Shown one piece after another: positions 49,730-63,880 of a DNA stretch of 64,000 nucleotides. Both the position numbers and the translations under genes were made by a program. The notes beneath the pieces were generated by a model. It had not been told where the DNA came from. It made no database searches and saw only the letters and a program-made list of their open reading frames with translations. The stretch spans positions 159,526,001 to 159,590,000 of the forward strand of contig NC_091469.1 of NCBI RefSeq assembly GCF_036971445.1. The letters run 5' to 3'. This DNA comes from Narcine bancroftii (lineage: Eukaryota). Within the stretch, counting starts at the first letter, position 1; each line of letters opens with the position of its first letter.

Positions 49730-51590
49730 GATACAGTCCCGGAACAGAGTCTTTATCAAGGCTGTGTTAAGCGACTCCTGGCAAAGGGCATACTAGAGCC
49801 CAGCATCAGCCCTTGGGGTGTGCAGGTGGTGCTGGTGGTAAAAAGCGGAGAGAAGTACAGGATGACCATGGACAACAGCCAGACCATCAACCGGTTTTCC
49901 CTCTTGGACACCTACCCCCTCCGTCGCATAGCCAACATGCTGAATACTGGGTATTCTCCACCATTGACCTCACGTCGGCCTATCACCAGCTCCCAATCTG
50001 ACTGGAGGACAGGCCATACAAGGTGTTTGAGGTGGACGGTCATCTCTTCCATTTCCTCAGGGTCCCCTTTGGAGTCATGAACAGAGTTTTGGTCTTCCAG
50101 AGAGAGATGGACTGAATGGTGGATGACCACCAACTGCAAGACACATTTCCCTTCCTGGACAATGTGACCATCTGTGGCCATGACCTGCAGGACCATGATG
50201 CTAACCTGCAAACATTTCTCCAGACAGCAAAAGCCCTAAATCTCATGTAAAACTAGCAGAAATGCGTGTTCCACACTTTCCCTCTGACTATGCTAGGGAG
50301 CGTGAAAGACAATGGAGCCATTGGGCCTGACCCTGAACATATGCAGCCCCTGCTGGAGCTCCCACTCTCCCATTACCTCAAGGCCTTGAAAAAGTGCCTG
50401 GGATACTTTTCATACTATCCAGGGGTCCGAAATTATGCAGACAAAGCCCACCCTCTGTAAAAACTACCCCCTTTCACCCATCGACCGAGGCCCAAGCAAC
50501 CTTCACTTGCATCAAAGGCGCCATTGCCAAGGTGGCGACGGACGCTGTAGACAAATCCATCCCATTCCAGGTGGAGAGCGATGCCTTTCCCCTGGCTGCT
50601 ATGCTGAACCAGGCAAGCATGCCAGTGGCATTTTTCTCCCGTACCCTGATCTCCAGCACTCAGCCATTGAGAAAGAGGCCCAGGCCATAGTGGAAGCTGT
50701 GCACCACTGGAGGCATTACCTAACCAACAAACCATCACCCTGCTGACTGGCCAACGTGCAGTCACATTCATGTTTAACAACAAACAGTGGGGAAAAATTA
50801 AGAATGACAAGATCCTGAGGTGGAGAATTGAACTGTCCACCTACAAATTCGAGAACTTGTTCCGGCCCAGGAAACTCAATGAGCCTCCCAATGCCTTGTG
50901 CTGGAGTACCTGCACCAAAAATCAAATAGATTGTCTCCAAGCCCTACACAACAGGCTCTGCCAGCTGAGGGCACCAAGCTCTATCACATTGTGAGAGCCC
51001 GCAACCTACTGTACTCAGTTAAGGACATCAGGGAGCTGACCCACAGCAGCCCGGTCTGTGTGGAGTGCAAGCCAAAGAAAGCTCATCTGATCAAGGCCAT
51101 CTGCCCCTTCGAACATCTAAGTATAGACTTCAAGGGCCCGTTCCCCTCCATGAACCAGAGGGTGTATTTCTTCAACATTGTTGACAAATACTCATGATTC
51201 CCATTCGCCCTCCCCTGCCCAGATATGACTACGGCCACTGTCATTAAGTCCCCGAGTAAACTCTTCATGGTCTTCGGATACCCGAGTTATATCCACGGTG
51301 ACCAGGGCAGTTCTTTTGTGAGTGATGAATTGCGTGAATATTTGCTGGCCAAAAGCATAGCCATGAGCAGGACCAGCAGCTGTAACCCCCTGAGGGAATG
51401 GCCTGGTGGAAAGGGAGAATGGCACTATTTCAAGGGCAGTCCTCCTGGCTCTCAAGTCAAATGGGCTGCCCATCACCTGGAGGCAAGAGGTCCTACCAGA
51501 GGCACTCCACATCAGAAAATCCCTCCTCTGTACAGTGACAAAGGCCACCCCGCATGAAAAATTATTCTCCTTCCACAGGAGGTTGGCGTT
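49730..51590 (+). mobile_element. Decayed Gypsy pol (RT, RNase H, integrase)
   Basis: KYRMTMD, IDLTSAYHQ, VPFG, FLDN, FQVESDA, EKEAQAI, SIDFKGP, HGDQGSSF, ERENGT; RT-RH-IN order. Confidence 0.9.
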
Positions 51591-53143
51591 GGGAACAGTG
51601 CCACCCAAGGCTCCAGGTCCGAGCACGATCAGGAAGCCCTTCAGCGCCCAAGGCCCCTTCTTGCCTTCAGCGCCCTCTAGAATCCTGGCTCCGATACCTG
51701 GTTCCCATGAGCTGGGCTCCAGCAGCCTGTGGTGTGAGCCCTTTGACCTCGAGTCGCCAGCAGCCCATGTCCTGTGTGGGTTCCTGGCCCACAAGTCACC
51801 AACAGCTCACCACCCTGTGAGGGTCCTTCTGCTGTAGAAGCCCCTGGCTGGTCCACCACCATAGTCACCGCCCTTGTGGTTGTCTCCTCTCAACGGAGGG
51901 TGTTCTCCCCCTCAGAGATCCACTGCTCCCCCATGGCCATGGCCAAGCATAGGCGCAGCCATCTTCACCCCAGACCCAAACCATAAGAATATTACAGTAC
52001 GTAAAAGGCCCCTTTCGGCCCTTCTAGTCTGTGCCAAACCATTCTTCTGCCTGGTCCCACTGAATCTGTGATTCAGTGATTTGAAATAAAACACCACCAG
52101 CTCCTTTAACTGGTAATTTAAAGCCTCAGGGGAACCGTTGGTAGTAGGACCAGACAGTAGGACCTGGTGGGGAAGCACTATGTCTATGCTCCCCGCTCTC
52201 CCTGGGTCCACACCAGTGGCAGTACTGCCATTACAGTAGCTCTGGAGGCACCGCCATTTTTATTATTGAATGTATCTGCTTTTACTGTGTGGGTATGTTG
52301 GGGGCTCAGTGTGGTTACCATCCTTGGATGTCAACTATTGAACATGCACAGGCCTGAGTTCAGATTCCAAATTTGTTAGTGTAAAATTTCAATTCAGTTA
52401 TCCTGGATGTTTTTTCAAAAAAGCTAACTGCTAGTGGGCAATTATCAATAATGTCCTTCATTGCCCAGGGTCATCGAAGGTGGTAAACACAGAGAGGTCC
52501 CTCAGGCACTGACCACCCATCCACTGTAGAACAGAGGGATCTGGGAATACAGATACCGAATTCCCTGAAAGTGGCATCACAGGTGGATAGGGTTGTAAAG
52601 AGAATTTTTGGCATAGTGGCCTTCATAAATCTAAGTATTGAGTTGGGATGTTATGGTGAAGTTGTATAAAAAATTTGGAGGATTGTGTGCAGTTTCGGTC
52701 ACCGAACTACAGGAAATAAATCAATAAGATGGACACCAAGATAGGTGGCAGCGAAGGAAGTATAGAAACAACGTGTAAAGGAAAAAGACAGATGAGGAAA
52801 CTGGCAAAATTTATGGCAGATGATATTTAACATAGAGAAAGGTGCAGTTGTACACTTTGGCAGTGGAAATAAACAGGCAGAATATTATTTGGATGGGGTG
52901 AAAATTCAGGCCTCAGATGTGCAAAGGGACCTGGGTGTCCTCGTGCAGGGAAACCTAAAGGTTAAACACCTCCCTCTGCAATTGGATTCTCAACTTCCTG
53001 TTGGGGTGATCTCAGGCAGTCTGGATTGGTTACAGCAACTCCAAGACCATCACACTGAGCAAGTTCCTCCACCTCCCCCACCACACCGCCTCCCCCCCCC
53101 CGCCCCCCCCCCCCCCCCCCACCACCCTGGTCTGCAAATAGAG

Positions 53144-55120
53144 TAATTGGCCAAAAAAAGTACCGCAACCAAAGACTGGGAGCAGTTCAAGATGCACCAA
53201 AGGAGGACAAAGGGATTAATCAAGAGGGCAAAAATAAATTACGAAAGTAAGCTTGCGGCAAATATAAAAACCGACTGCAAAAGCTTTTATAAATATGTCA
53301 AGAGGAAAAGATTGGTGAAATCCAGAGTAGGTCCTTTGCAGTCGGAATCAGGGGAATATATAATGGGGAATAAGGAAATGGCAGACCAATTAAATTCTTG
53401 CTTTGGTTCTGTTTTTACAAGAGAGGATACAAATAACCTCCCAAGGATGTTGGGAAACATAGAGACTAATGCAAGGGAGGAACTGAAAGAAATCAATATC
53501 TCTCATGGTCTTGGGGAAATTGATGGGATTGAAGGCAGATAAATCACAAGAGCCTGATAATCTACATCCTAGGGAACTCAAGGAAGTGGCCATTCAGATA
53601 GCAGATGCTTTAAGAATTATTTTCCAGAACTCGATAGACTCAGGATCAGTACCCATGAATTGGAGGGTAGCTAATGTTACCCCACTATTTAAAAAGGGGG
53701 GTAGAGAAAAAGCGGGGAATTATAGGCCGGTGAGCCTTACATCAGTAGTGGGCAAAATGAAGGAATCCATTATTAAGGATGTAATAGCGGAGCATATGAC
53801 TAGCAGAGAAGGGATCGGATGGAGTCAACATGGATTTACAAAAGGTAAATCGTGCTTGACAAATCTATTGGAATTCTTTGAGATGGTGACAGGTAAAATA
53901 GATGGGGGAGAGCCAGTGGATGTGGTGTACCTAGACTTCCAAAAGGCCTTCGATAAGGTCCCGCATAAACGACTGGCTTCCAAAATCAAGGCTCATTGGA
54001 TTGGGGGCAAAGTATTGATGTGGATTGAGAACTGGCTGGCAGGTAGAAGACAGAGAGTTGGGATAAATGGCTTGTTATCTGAGTGGCAGGCGGTGACCAG
54101 TGGGGTGCCACAGGGATCTGTACTGGGACCCCAGCTGTTCACAATTTACATTAATGATCTGGATGAGGGGACTGGATGTAATATCTCCAAATTTGCAGAT
54201 GACACTAAGCTAGGAGGGGTTGTGTGCACGGAAGAGGGGGTCAGGAAGCTCCAGAGTGATTTGGATAAATTGAGGGACTGGGCAGATACATGGCAAATGC
54301 ACTACAATGTGGAAAAATGTGAGGTTATCCACTTTGGTAATACAAACCGGAGGGCAGATTACTATTTGAATGGCAATAGATTAAGAGATGGGGAAGTGCA
54401 GAGAGACCTAGGGATACTTGTACATCAGTCTCTGAAAGCGAGCATGCAGGTACAGCAGGCGGTTAAAAAGGCAGATGGTATGTTGGCCTTCATATCAAGA
54501 GGGTATGAGTATAGGAACAAGGATACCTTACTGCAGCTGTACAGGGCCTTGGTGAGACCCCATCTGGAGTATTGTGTGCAGTTTTGGTCACCTTATCTAA
54601 GGAAGGATGTTCTTGCAATGGAGGGAGTGCAGAGGCGATTCACCAGGCTGATACCTGGAATGGCAGGAATGACTTAGGAGGAAAGATTGCGCAAATTGGG
54701 ATTGTACTCCCTGGAGTTTAGAAGATTGAGAGGGGATCTCATAGAGACCTATAAAATTCTGGCAGGACTGGACAGAATGGATGCAGATGGGATGTTTCCA
54801 AGGATAGGAAAATCCAGAACCCGGGGCCATGGTTTGAGGATAATAGGCAAACCATTTAGGACCGAGATGAGGAGGAATTTCTTGACCCAGAGGGTGGTGA
54901 ATCTGTGGAATTCATTGCCACAGTGGGCAGTAGAGGCAGGTTCATTAAATATATTTAAGAGGGAATTAGATCTATTTCTTCAGTATAAGGGTAGTAAAGG
55001 TTACGGAGAGAAGGCGGAGACGGGGTACTGAACTTTAAGATCAGCCATGATCTCGTTTAATGGCAGAGCAGGCTCGAAGGGTCGAATGACCTACTTCTGC
55101 TCCTATTTCTATGTTTCTAT
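53144..55120 (+). mobile_element. Young 5'-truncated CR1, inserted in an older CR1 (52740-52965 / 55121-55520)
   Basis: ORFs 53147-55031 with complete RT motifs; (TATGTTTC)n-type tail. Confidence 0.95.
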
Positions 55121-55518
55121 GTTAATGACCAGGTGGGATTGGTAGTGAAGAAAGCGAATGCTATGTTGGCCTTCATTTCAAGAGGAATAATGTACAAGAG
55201 TAAAGAGGTGTTAATGAGGCTATGGGGCACTGGGGAGGCCTCATTTGGAGAACTGTGTGCAGTTTTGGGCCCCCTGTCTTAGAAAGGTCGTGATGTTGTT
55301 GGAGAGAGTGCAGAGGAGATTTACTAGGATGATTCCCAGAATGCAAGAGCTAACGTATGAGGAACGTTTGACAGCTCTTAGGTTATATTCGTTGGAGTAC
55401 AGGAGAATGAGAGGGAGATCCCATAGAGACATTTCATATATTGAAAAGTTTAGACAAGGTGGATGTGGGTAAGATGTTTCCCCTGGTGGGTGAATCGAGG
55501 ACAAGGGGTCATAGTCTG

Positions 55519-55850
55519 GGCCCAAGTGGCCAGATATCCGCCGTCTACAGCGATTCCTTGACTCAATTCACCAGCAAATCCGCGCCTGTGTGAGTTCCTT
55601 GCCTCTAGGTGACAGCAACCCGCCACCTGCAGGGGTTCCTAGCCTTGAGAGGCCAGCAGACCGCTGCCTGCATGAGTTCCTCACCTGAAGTCTCCAGAAT
55701 CCCGTATCCCATGAGTGTTCCTCATCTCAAAGCGTTATAACCCCGCCACTTGATGGGATTCCTCAACTGAAATCGATAGCAGTTCACCACCTGTGTGGTT
55801 TCCTTGCCTCGAGTCGCTAGCAGTCCACAGCCTGTGCGTATCCTTCAGTC
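55519..55850 (+). repeat. Degenerate ~41-bp tandem repeat, ~8 copies
   Basis: Recurring CGCCACCTG...TTCCT...CAGCA frame. Confidence 0.55.
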
Positions 55851-56109
55851 GCTGAGCCCCTCACCAGTTGGTCGTCATGGTCACCGTCCCATAGGGTCAT
55901 CTCCTCTGCTTCTCCTTCTCAAATGGTAGGCATTCTCCCCATTACTGGTGCCCTGCACCACACCCCCGGAGTCTTCAACCCATCGATGTCGGTACCAAAC
56001 ACAAGCGCTGCATATCTGGAAGTACAGGAAGAGTCAAGTTGACCTTTGGGAGAAAATGCCAGTGATAATGAATATCTCAATCATTTCCAACCAAATTTGT
56101 TCCCCATTT

Positions 56110-58780
56110 ATTCTTCTTTGGCTTGGCTTCGCGGACGAAGATTTATGGAGGGGGTAAATGTCCACGTCAGCTGCAGGCTTGTTTGTGGCTGACAAGTCCG
56201 ATGCGGGACAGGCAGACACGATTGCAGCGGTTGCAAGGGAAAATTGGTTGGTTGGGGTTGGGTGTTGGGTTTTTCCTCCTTTGCCTTTTGTCAGTGAGGT
56301 GGGCTCTGCGGTCTTCTTCAAAGGAGGTTGCTGCCCGCCAAACTGTGAGGAGCCAAGATGCACGGTTTGAGGCGATATCAGCCCACTGGCGGTGGTCAAT
56401 GTGGCAGGCACCAAGAGATTTCTTTAGGCAGTCCTTGTACCTTTTCTTTGGTGCACCTCTGTCACGGTGGCCAGTGGAGAGCTCACCATATAACACGATC
56501 TTGGGAAGGCGATGGTCCTCCATTCTGGAGACGTGACCCACCCAGTGCAGCTGGATCTTCAGCAGCGTGGATTCGATGCTGTCGACCTCTGCCATCTCGA
56601 GTACTTCGACGTTAGGGATGAAAGCGCTCCAATGAATGTTGACGATGGAGCGGAGACAACGCTGGCGGAAGCGTTCTAGGAGCCGTAGGTGATGCCGGTA
56701 GAGGACCCATGATTTGGAGCCGAACAGGAGTGTGGGTATGACAACAGCTCTGTATACGCTTATCTTTGTGAGGTTTTTCAGTTGGTTGTTTTTCCAGACT
56801 CTTTTGTGTAGTCTTCCAAAGGCGCTATTTGCCTTGGCGAGTCTGTTGTCTATCTCATTGTCGATCCTTGCATCTGATGAAATGGTGCGGCCGAGATAGG
56901 TAAACTGGTTGACCGTTTTGAGTTTTGTGTGCCCGATGGAGATGTGGGGGGGCTGGTAGTCATGGTGGGGAGCTGGCTGATGGAGGACCTCAGTTTTCTT
57001 CAGGCTGACTTCCAAGCCAAACATTTTGGCAGTTTCCGCAAAACAGGACGTCAAGCGCTCAAGAGCTGGCTCTGAATGGGCAACTAAAGCGGCATCGTCT
57101 GCAAAGAGTAGTTCATGGACAAGTTGCTTTTGTGTCTTGGTGTGAGCTTGCAGGCGCCTCAGACTGAAGAGACTGCCATCCGTGCGGTACCGGATGTAAA
57201 CAGCGTCTTCATTGTTGAGGTCTTTCATGGCTTGGTTCAGCATCATGCTGAAGAAGATTGAAAAGAGGGTTGGTGCGAGAACACAGCCTTGCTTCACGCC
57301 ATTGTTAATGGAGAAGTGTTCAGAAAGCTCATTGCTGTATCTGACCCGACCTTGTTGGTTTTCGTGCAGTTGGATAATCATGTTGAGGAACTTTGGGGGA
57401 CATCCGATGCGCTCTAGTATTTGCCAAAGCCCTTTCCTGCTCACGGTGTCGAAGGCTTTGGTGAGGTCAACAAAGGTGATGTAGAGTCCTTTGTTTTGTT
57501 CTCTGCACTTTTCTTGGAGCTGTCTGAGGGCAAAGACCATGTCAGTAGTTCCTCTGTTTGCGCGAAAGCCGCACTGTGATTCTGGGAGAATATTCTCGGC
57601 GACACTAGGTATTATTCTATTTAGGAGAATCCTAGCGAAGATTTTGCCTGCAATGGGGAGTAGCGTGATTCCCCTGTAGTTTGAGCAGTCTGATTTCTCG
57701 CCTTTGTTTTTGTACAGGGTGATGATGGTGGCATCACGAAGGTCCTGAGGCAGTTTTCCTTGGTCCCAACAAAGCTTGAAAAACTCATGCAGTTTGGCAT
57801 GCAGAGTTTTGCCGCCAGCCTTCCAGACCCCTGGGGGGATTCCATCCATACCTGCTGCTTTGCCACTTTTCAGTTGTTCGATTGCCTTATATGTCTCATC
57901 CTAGGTGAGGACCTCATCCAGCTCTAGCCTTAGGGGCTGTTGAGGGAGCTGGAGCAGGGCGGAATCTTGGACTGAGCGGTTGGCACTGAAAAGAGATTGG
58001 AAGTGTTCTGACCATCGGTTGAGGATGGAGATCTTGTCGCTGAGGAGGACTTTGCTGTCTGAGCTGAGCAGCAGGCTTTGGACTTGGGGTGAGGGGCCGT
58101 ACGCAGCCTTTAGAGCCTCGTAGAAACGCCTGAAGTCGCCAATGTCCGCGCTGAGCTGGGTTCGTTTGGCGAGGTTAGTCCACCACTCATTTTGGATCTC
58201 CCGGAGTTTGCGCTGAAGATGGCTGCATGCGTGATGGAAGGCTTGTTTCTTCTCTGGACAGGACGGCTTTGTAAGGTGAGCCTGGTGGGCAGCTCGCTTC
58301 TTTGGCAGCAGCTCCTGGATTTCCTGGCTGTTTTCGTCGAACCAGTCCTTGTTTTTCCTGGAGGAGAAGCCCAGTACCTCTTCAGTGGATTGCAGTATGG
58401 TAGTCTTCAACTGATCCCAGAGGGTTTCAGGGGACGGGTCCGTGAGGCGGATTGCATCGTCGAGCTTTGCTTTGAGGTTTGCCTAGAAGTTTCCTCTCGC
58501 TTCGTCTAACTGCAGGTTTCTAACATTGAACCTCTTTCTGGGGGCTTTACTGTTCCTGGGCTTTGGCTTGAAGTGAAGGTTGAGCTTGCAGCGAACCAGC
58601 CGGTGGTCAGTGTGGCATTCCGCGCTGGGCATGACCCTGATGTGGAGCACATCTCGTTTGTCACTTTCTCGTACCAGGACGTAGTCCAGGAGGTGCCAGT
58701 GTTTGGATCGGGGATGCATCCAGGTGGTCTTAAGGCTGTCCCTCTGCTGAAAAAGGGTGTTTGTAATGACAAGCCGCTGC
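56110..58780 (-). mobile_element. Young RTE-clade LINE, 5'-truncated
   Basis: One reading frame with only two TAG stops (57901, 58483); WHLLDY, TDH, NYRGITLL, DLTKAFD, KQGCVLAP, LFADD; C-terminal CxxC..H..C. Confidence 0.96.
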
Positions 58781-59117
58781 TAAACAACAGGATAGTGGAA
58801 TTACCTTCATTTATTTCTGTATCACTAATCAACTTGTAAAAACATATGTTTGTTCTCTGAATCAACAACAGCATTATCTGCTCTTTCTCTGTATTTGCAC
58901 CAGATCAATAAAAATCCATATTGTTTTCATTTATGTATGCACTGGCTGCCTGAGGGTAATAGTATCTTATGTTATTGGTTCTCGCTTCCTTTGTACATAG
59001 AACACAGTACAGGCCCTTCGGCGAACGATGTTAAACTATATAAACCAACTCAACAAATTAAACCTTCCTTACCTCAAACCCATAACCCTCTATTTTCCTT
59101 TCATTCACATTTCAGAT

Positions 59118-62100
59118 TTGGGAGTAAACATGGTATCGACTGAAACAAATATTGGATTTGAGGAAAACTGTTCATTTTAATGCAATTTACTTGACCAATT
59201 AATGTTAATGGCAGATCTTTCCATTTTAGTCAAACCCGTTTTAATCCTTTTTAATAAAGGAACATAATTTAATTTATTTAAAGATTGATAATATGCATTT
59301 ATTATAACTTCTAAATATTTATTTCTATCTGACCACTTTATTTTTATATTCTGAATAATCTCCATCCCCAACTGGCAATATTTCACTCTCATCCCAATTT
59401 ATTTTATATCTAGACAACTCCCCAAATTTCAACAAACAGTCCAATAAATATTTCAAAGATTATTCCGGTTCTGTCAAATATACCAACACATCATTTGCTA
59501 ATGAATTAATCTTATATTCATCATCCGCAATTTCCTTTCTCTAATCTCATTGTTTTGTCGTATTGTCTGAGCTAACGTTTCGATAGCCAATGCAAATAAG
59601 GCTGGTGACAATGGACAACCTTGCCGAGTCGATCGCATTAATTTAAATGGTAAAGAAATTTGGCCATTTGTCACCCCCCTGGCAATTGGGTTTGTCTATA
59701 AAGCCTTAATCCCACCATTAAAATAAGGGCCCAAATTAAACTTCTCTGACATCTTAAATAGAAACTTCCATTCAATCCTATCAAAGGTTTGTTCCGCATC
59801 CAGTGCGGTTGGGTTGCTGTCTAAATGCATTGACCAATGTTATGAATCTGAGAATATTATCAGACGCATTTCTATTTTTAATAAAACCAATCAAGTGAGG
59901 TAAATATTTAGCAAATCTATTCCCTAACACTTTCGCTATAATTTTATAATCTACATTTAAGAAAGGAATTGGCCTTAAATGAAGATACTTTCAACGGATC
60001 CCTATCTTTCTTGGGAATCACAGTAATTCAAGATTCTGGTAACAACTGTTCCTCAGTTACTTGCTGCAATACATCTCCAAATACAGAGGATAAATCTTCA
60101 TAAAATACTTTATAGAATTCAAATGAAAATCTATCATCTGCTGGCGACTTTCCATTCGGCATCTCCTGTAGAGCCTCTTTAATCTCAAAATCCGTCAATG
60201 GAGCTTCCAATTCTTGAACCTCCTCCTCCCCTAAAACAGGTCAATTTAATTTAGATAAATAGGATTCAATAGAACCAGCGTCCTGCTTTCCCTCAGACGT
60301 ATATAATTTTGGTAAAATGAATGAAACTGGGCATTAATTTCCTGAGGTTTATAGGTAACTGTTGAATTCTTTTTCACACCAAATAGTTTGTGATATCTGT
60401 TCTGTATTTAATTGCCATGCTAATACTTTATGAGCTCTCTCACCCAATTCATAATAACGTTGCTTAGATCGGTAAATTAAACGCTCATACTGATAAGTTT
60501 GTAATGTATTAGAACGTAATTTCAACTTCAGTTAAGCAGCTTTTTAAAATCTTCTGTAACATCTTTCTGAAATTCCTTTTCCAACTCAGTCATCTGTTTC
60601 TCCAATGTTAAACTTTCCGCCACAAATTGCTTTTTAACTTTCATGGTATAACTAATAATTTGCCCTCATAAATATGCTTTCAAATCATCCCACAATACAA
60701 AATTACTATGTACTGAATTGACATTCTCAGCCAAAAACAAAGTAATCTGCTTAACAAAAAATAATAAACTTGGTTTCTTCAGTAGCATTGTATTTAAACC
60801 TTCATCTATAAGACAATTGTACAACTTCTGGACTGACACAGGAGAAAAATAACATGGAATGGTCTGATACAACCCAACTTTTATATTCAGGCTGTAGTAG
60901 TCTACCTTGCAAGTGTGCCGAAACCAAAAAAAAATCTATTCTAGAAAATGAATCGTGACTCTATAGGGTTTACTCTCCTCCAAACATCAACCAGTTTCAC
61001 ATCTTTCATCAAAGCTTCTATTTGTATTGCCACCTTTGAGTTCCTTATATTTTTCGGAGATCTATCCAATAAAGGGTCCAAAACACAATTAAAATCTCCC
61101 CCAACCAGAATATTATTATTGGCCTGATTTAACAATAAAAAAGCCTCTGACATAAACCATTCATCTACATTAGGTGCGTAAATATTTAATAAAGTCCATG
61201 ATTCAGCAAAAAATGTACAGTTCACCATCAAAACCCTCCCAGCATTTCCTTCAAATGATTCCAATTCAAACGGTAATTTCTTATGAATTAAAATAGCTAC
61301 ACCTCTCACCTTAGAATTAAAAGAAGAAGAAAACACATGCCCAACCCACTCTCTGCAATTTCAAATGTTCTTTTTCGGTCAAGTGTGTTTCTTGGAAAAA
61401 AAAAATCAACTTTCATTTTTCTTAAATAAGCCAAAACGCGTTTGCGCTTAATTGGGTTGTTCAAACCGTGGACATTAAAAGATTTTTTAAGGATCTGAAT
61501 AGAGCGGTGCAAGAGATTTTATGGAAGGCAAAATTAGCACGAGTAGCTTTGCATCAACTTACATGGAAATATGCATTAGGTGGATTGCCGTTACCTCATT
61601 TTCAAAATTACTATGAAGCAGCTCAGTTGAAATTTGTTAGTAGATTGATGGATATGGACCAACCTCCAAGTTGAGCAAAGGTGGAAATGGCTTGTATTTC
61701 TGAAGCTGAGGTACACCAGTTTATATATAAATGGAATGTGAACTTATTATGGGAATGTAATATGCCGGTATTAATAGATTTGTTAAGAATATGGGTTAAG
61801 AGAAATATGGTTTTAGGATCAAAAGATAAATTATCAAACCAAACCCCGTTATATAATAATCAGCTTATTCCTTTTTCAATGTTTAATAATCATTTAGGGA
61901 GATGGAATTCTAAAGGTCTAAAGATAGTTCAGGACTGTTTCGAAGAAGGCCAGTCTTTTAACCAATTGAGGGAGAAATTCGATAGTTCTGTAAATTCTTT
62001 ATTTGTGTATTATCAACTCAGAGCTCTGATAAAAGATAATTATGGTAAAGAGATAAATTTTCCTATGTTGACGAAATCTAAAGCTAAGAAAGGTTATATT

Positions 62101-62910
62101 TTGAATATGTATCATTTGTTACAAGACAGTATGGATAAAACGGAATGGGAGAAGTCTCGGCTTAAATGGGAAAGTGATTTAACTTACGTTTTTCCTGAAG
62201 GTAACTGGGAGGTTATGTGTCACGACAGTGTAACTAAATTGACGAATGTCAGATATGGAATGGTTAATTATAACTTTTTACATCAGTTATATTTGACTCC
62301 AGAGAAAATATGGGTTTAGCAATTTGGATTCTTGTTTTAGATGTGGACTATGTACTGGAACTTTTTTTACATGCAGTCTGGTCTTGTGTTAAAGTACAAC
62401 CATTTTGGAAAGGAATCAGATTGATCTTGGAAACATTTTTTAAGATTAAATTACCATTAGACCCAACGATCTTTTTGTTGGGTTATATGGTTTATTTGCA
62501 AGGACTAGGATTGGATAAATTTAAAATTGCATTTGTACGTCGAGTTCTGTCTGTAGCACAAAAATGTGTAGCTAGTACTTGGAAAGATAATGTGGTGGTT
62601 AATATAGCACGCTAGCATAATGAATTGAGAACTTGTATAATTATGGAAAAAGTTACATGTAACTTGCATGACAATTTTTCTTTTTTTGTTAAAATGTGGT
62701 CTTCCTATTTGGAGTACATGAATTTAGAAATACTTTGAAATTCTGTCTATATTCTATGCTTTATTTTTATATTTGGCTCCCCTTAAGGGAGCTGGCTGAA
62801 GGGGTGGAGGATGGGCGGGTTTTTTTCTATTTATAAAAATTGGGTTTTTTTCTTCTGTTATGTTTGACTGTAAGTTGTTTAAAATCTTTTAAATAAAGTT
62901 TTCAAAAAAA
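59118..62910. mobile_element. L1/Tx1 LINE with 5' inversion: 59118-~61482 minus, ~61479-62910 plus
   Basis: Minus segment runs from EN (SFNVHGLN) through RT to FQSIPCLLP; plus segment resumes RFFKDLN through to poly-A; ATTTCAGAT on both flanks. Confidence 0.9.
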
Positions 62911-63096
62911 TGATTTCAGATGTATTGTCAGAGTACATACTTGACATCACATACAACCCTGAGATTCTTTTTCCTTAAGGCCAGGCAGAATTTCCAATAA
63001 TCGATAGTGCAAAAAAAAGGCCTGACTCAACATATACCTGTAAACAAATAAATAAATGTAAACAAACTGACCGTACAATATAGAGAGAGAAAACAC

Positions 63097-63880
63097 ATCC
63101 GTGTGCCTGTCTAAGAATCTTTTAAATACCCCTAATGTTCTAGCCTCCACTGCCACCCCTGGTAAGGTATTCCAGGCCCCCACAACTCTCTGGGTAGAAA
63201 ACATTTTCCACCAACGTCTACCCTAAACTTCCCTCCCTTCACTGTACACAAGTCCTCTGGTCTTTGCTGATCCTGCCCTAGGAAACAGGCGCTGGCTGTA
63301 CACCTTATCTATTCCTCTCATAATCCTCTAGTCAGTCTCCTCTCATCCTTCTACACTCCAAAGAGAAAAGTCTCAGCTCTGCTAACCTTGCCTCAAAACA
63401 AGTTCTCCAATCCAGGCAACATCCTGGTGTATCTCCTCTGGACCCTCTCCATAGCTTCCACATCCTTCATGTCATGAGGTGACCAGAACTGAACAAGGTT
63501 AGCTGAGCTGAGACTTTTCTCTGGAGCAGAGAAGGAAGAGAGGAGACTTAATAGAGGTCTACAAGATTCTGAGAGGCATAGACAGGGTGGACGGCCAGCA
63601 CCTATTTCCAAAGGCAGGAGAAGAAAACACCAGAGGAGATGTGTACAAAGTGAAGGGAGGGAAGTTTAGGGGAGACATCATGGGTACATATTTTTTTTAA
63701 ACACAGAGAGTTGTGGGGGCCTGTAACATTAGGGGGATTTAAGACTCTGAGACGGGCACATGGATGGAAGAAAAGTAGAGGGTTACGGGTTAGTGAGGGG
63801 TTAGATCTTTTTTTTAGAAAGGAATATGTACGTCAGCACATTGAGGGTTGAAGGGCCTGTATTGTGCTGTAGTGTTCTAT
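63097..63880. mobile_element. Head-to-head inverted pair of CR1 3' fragments
   Basis: 63097-63390 is the approximate reverse complement of 63494-63780. Confidence 0.75.

Noticed and set aside
58903-58960. Small exon-like segment
   Set aside because: No recognisable peptide and no link to other exons.
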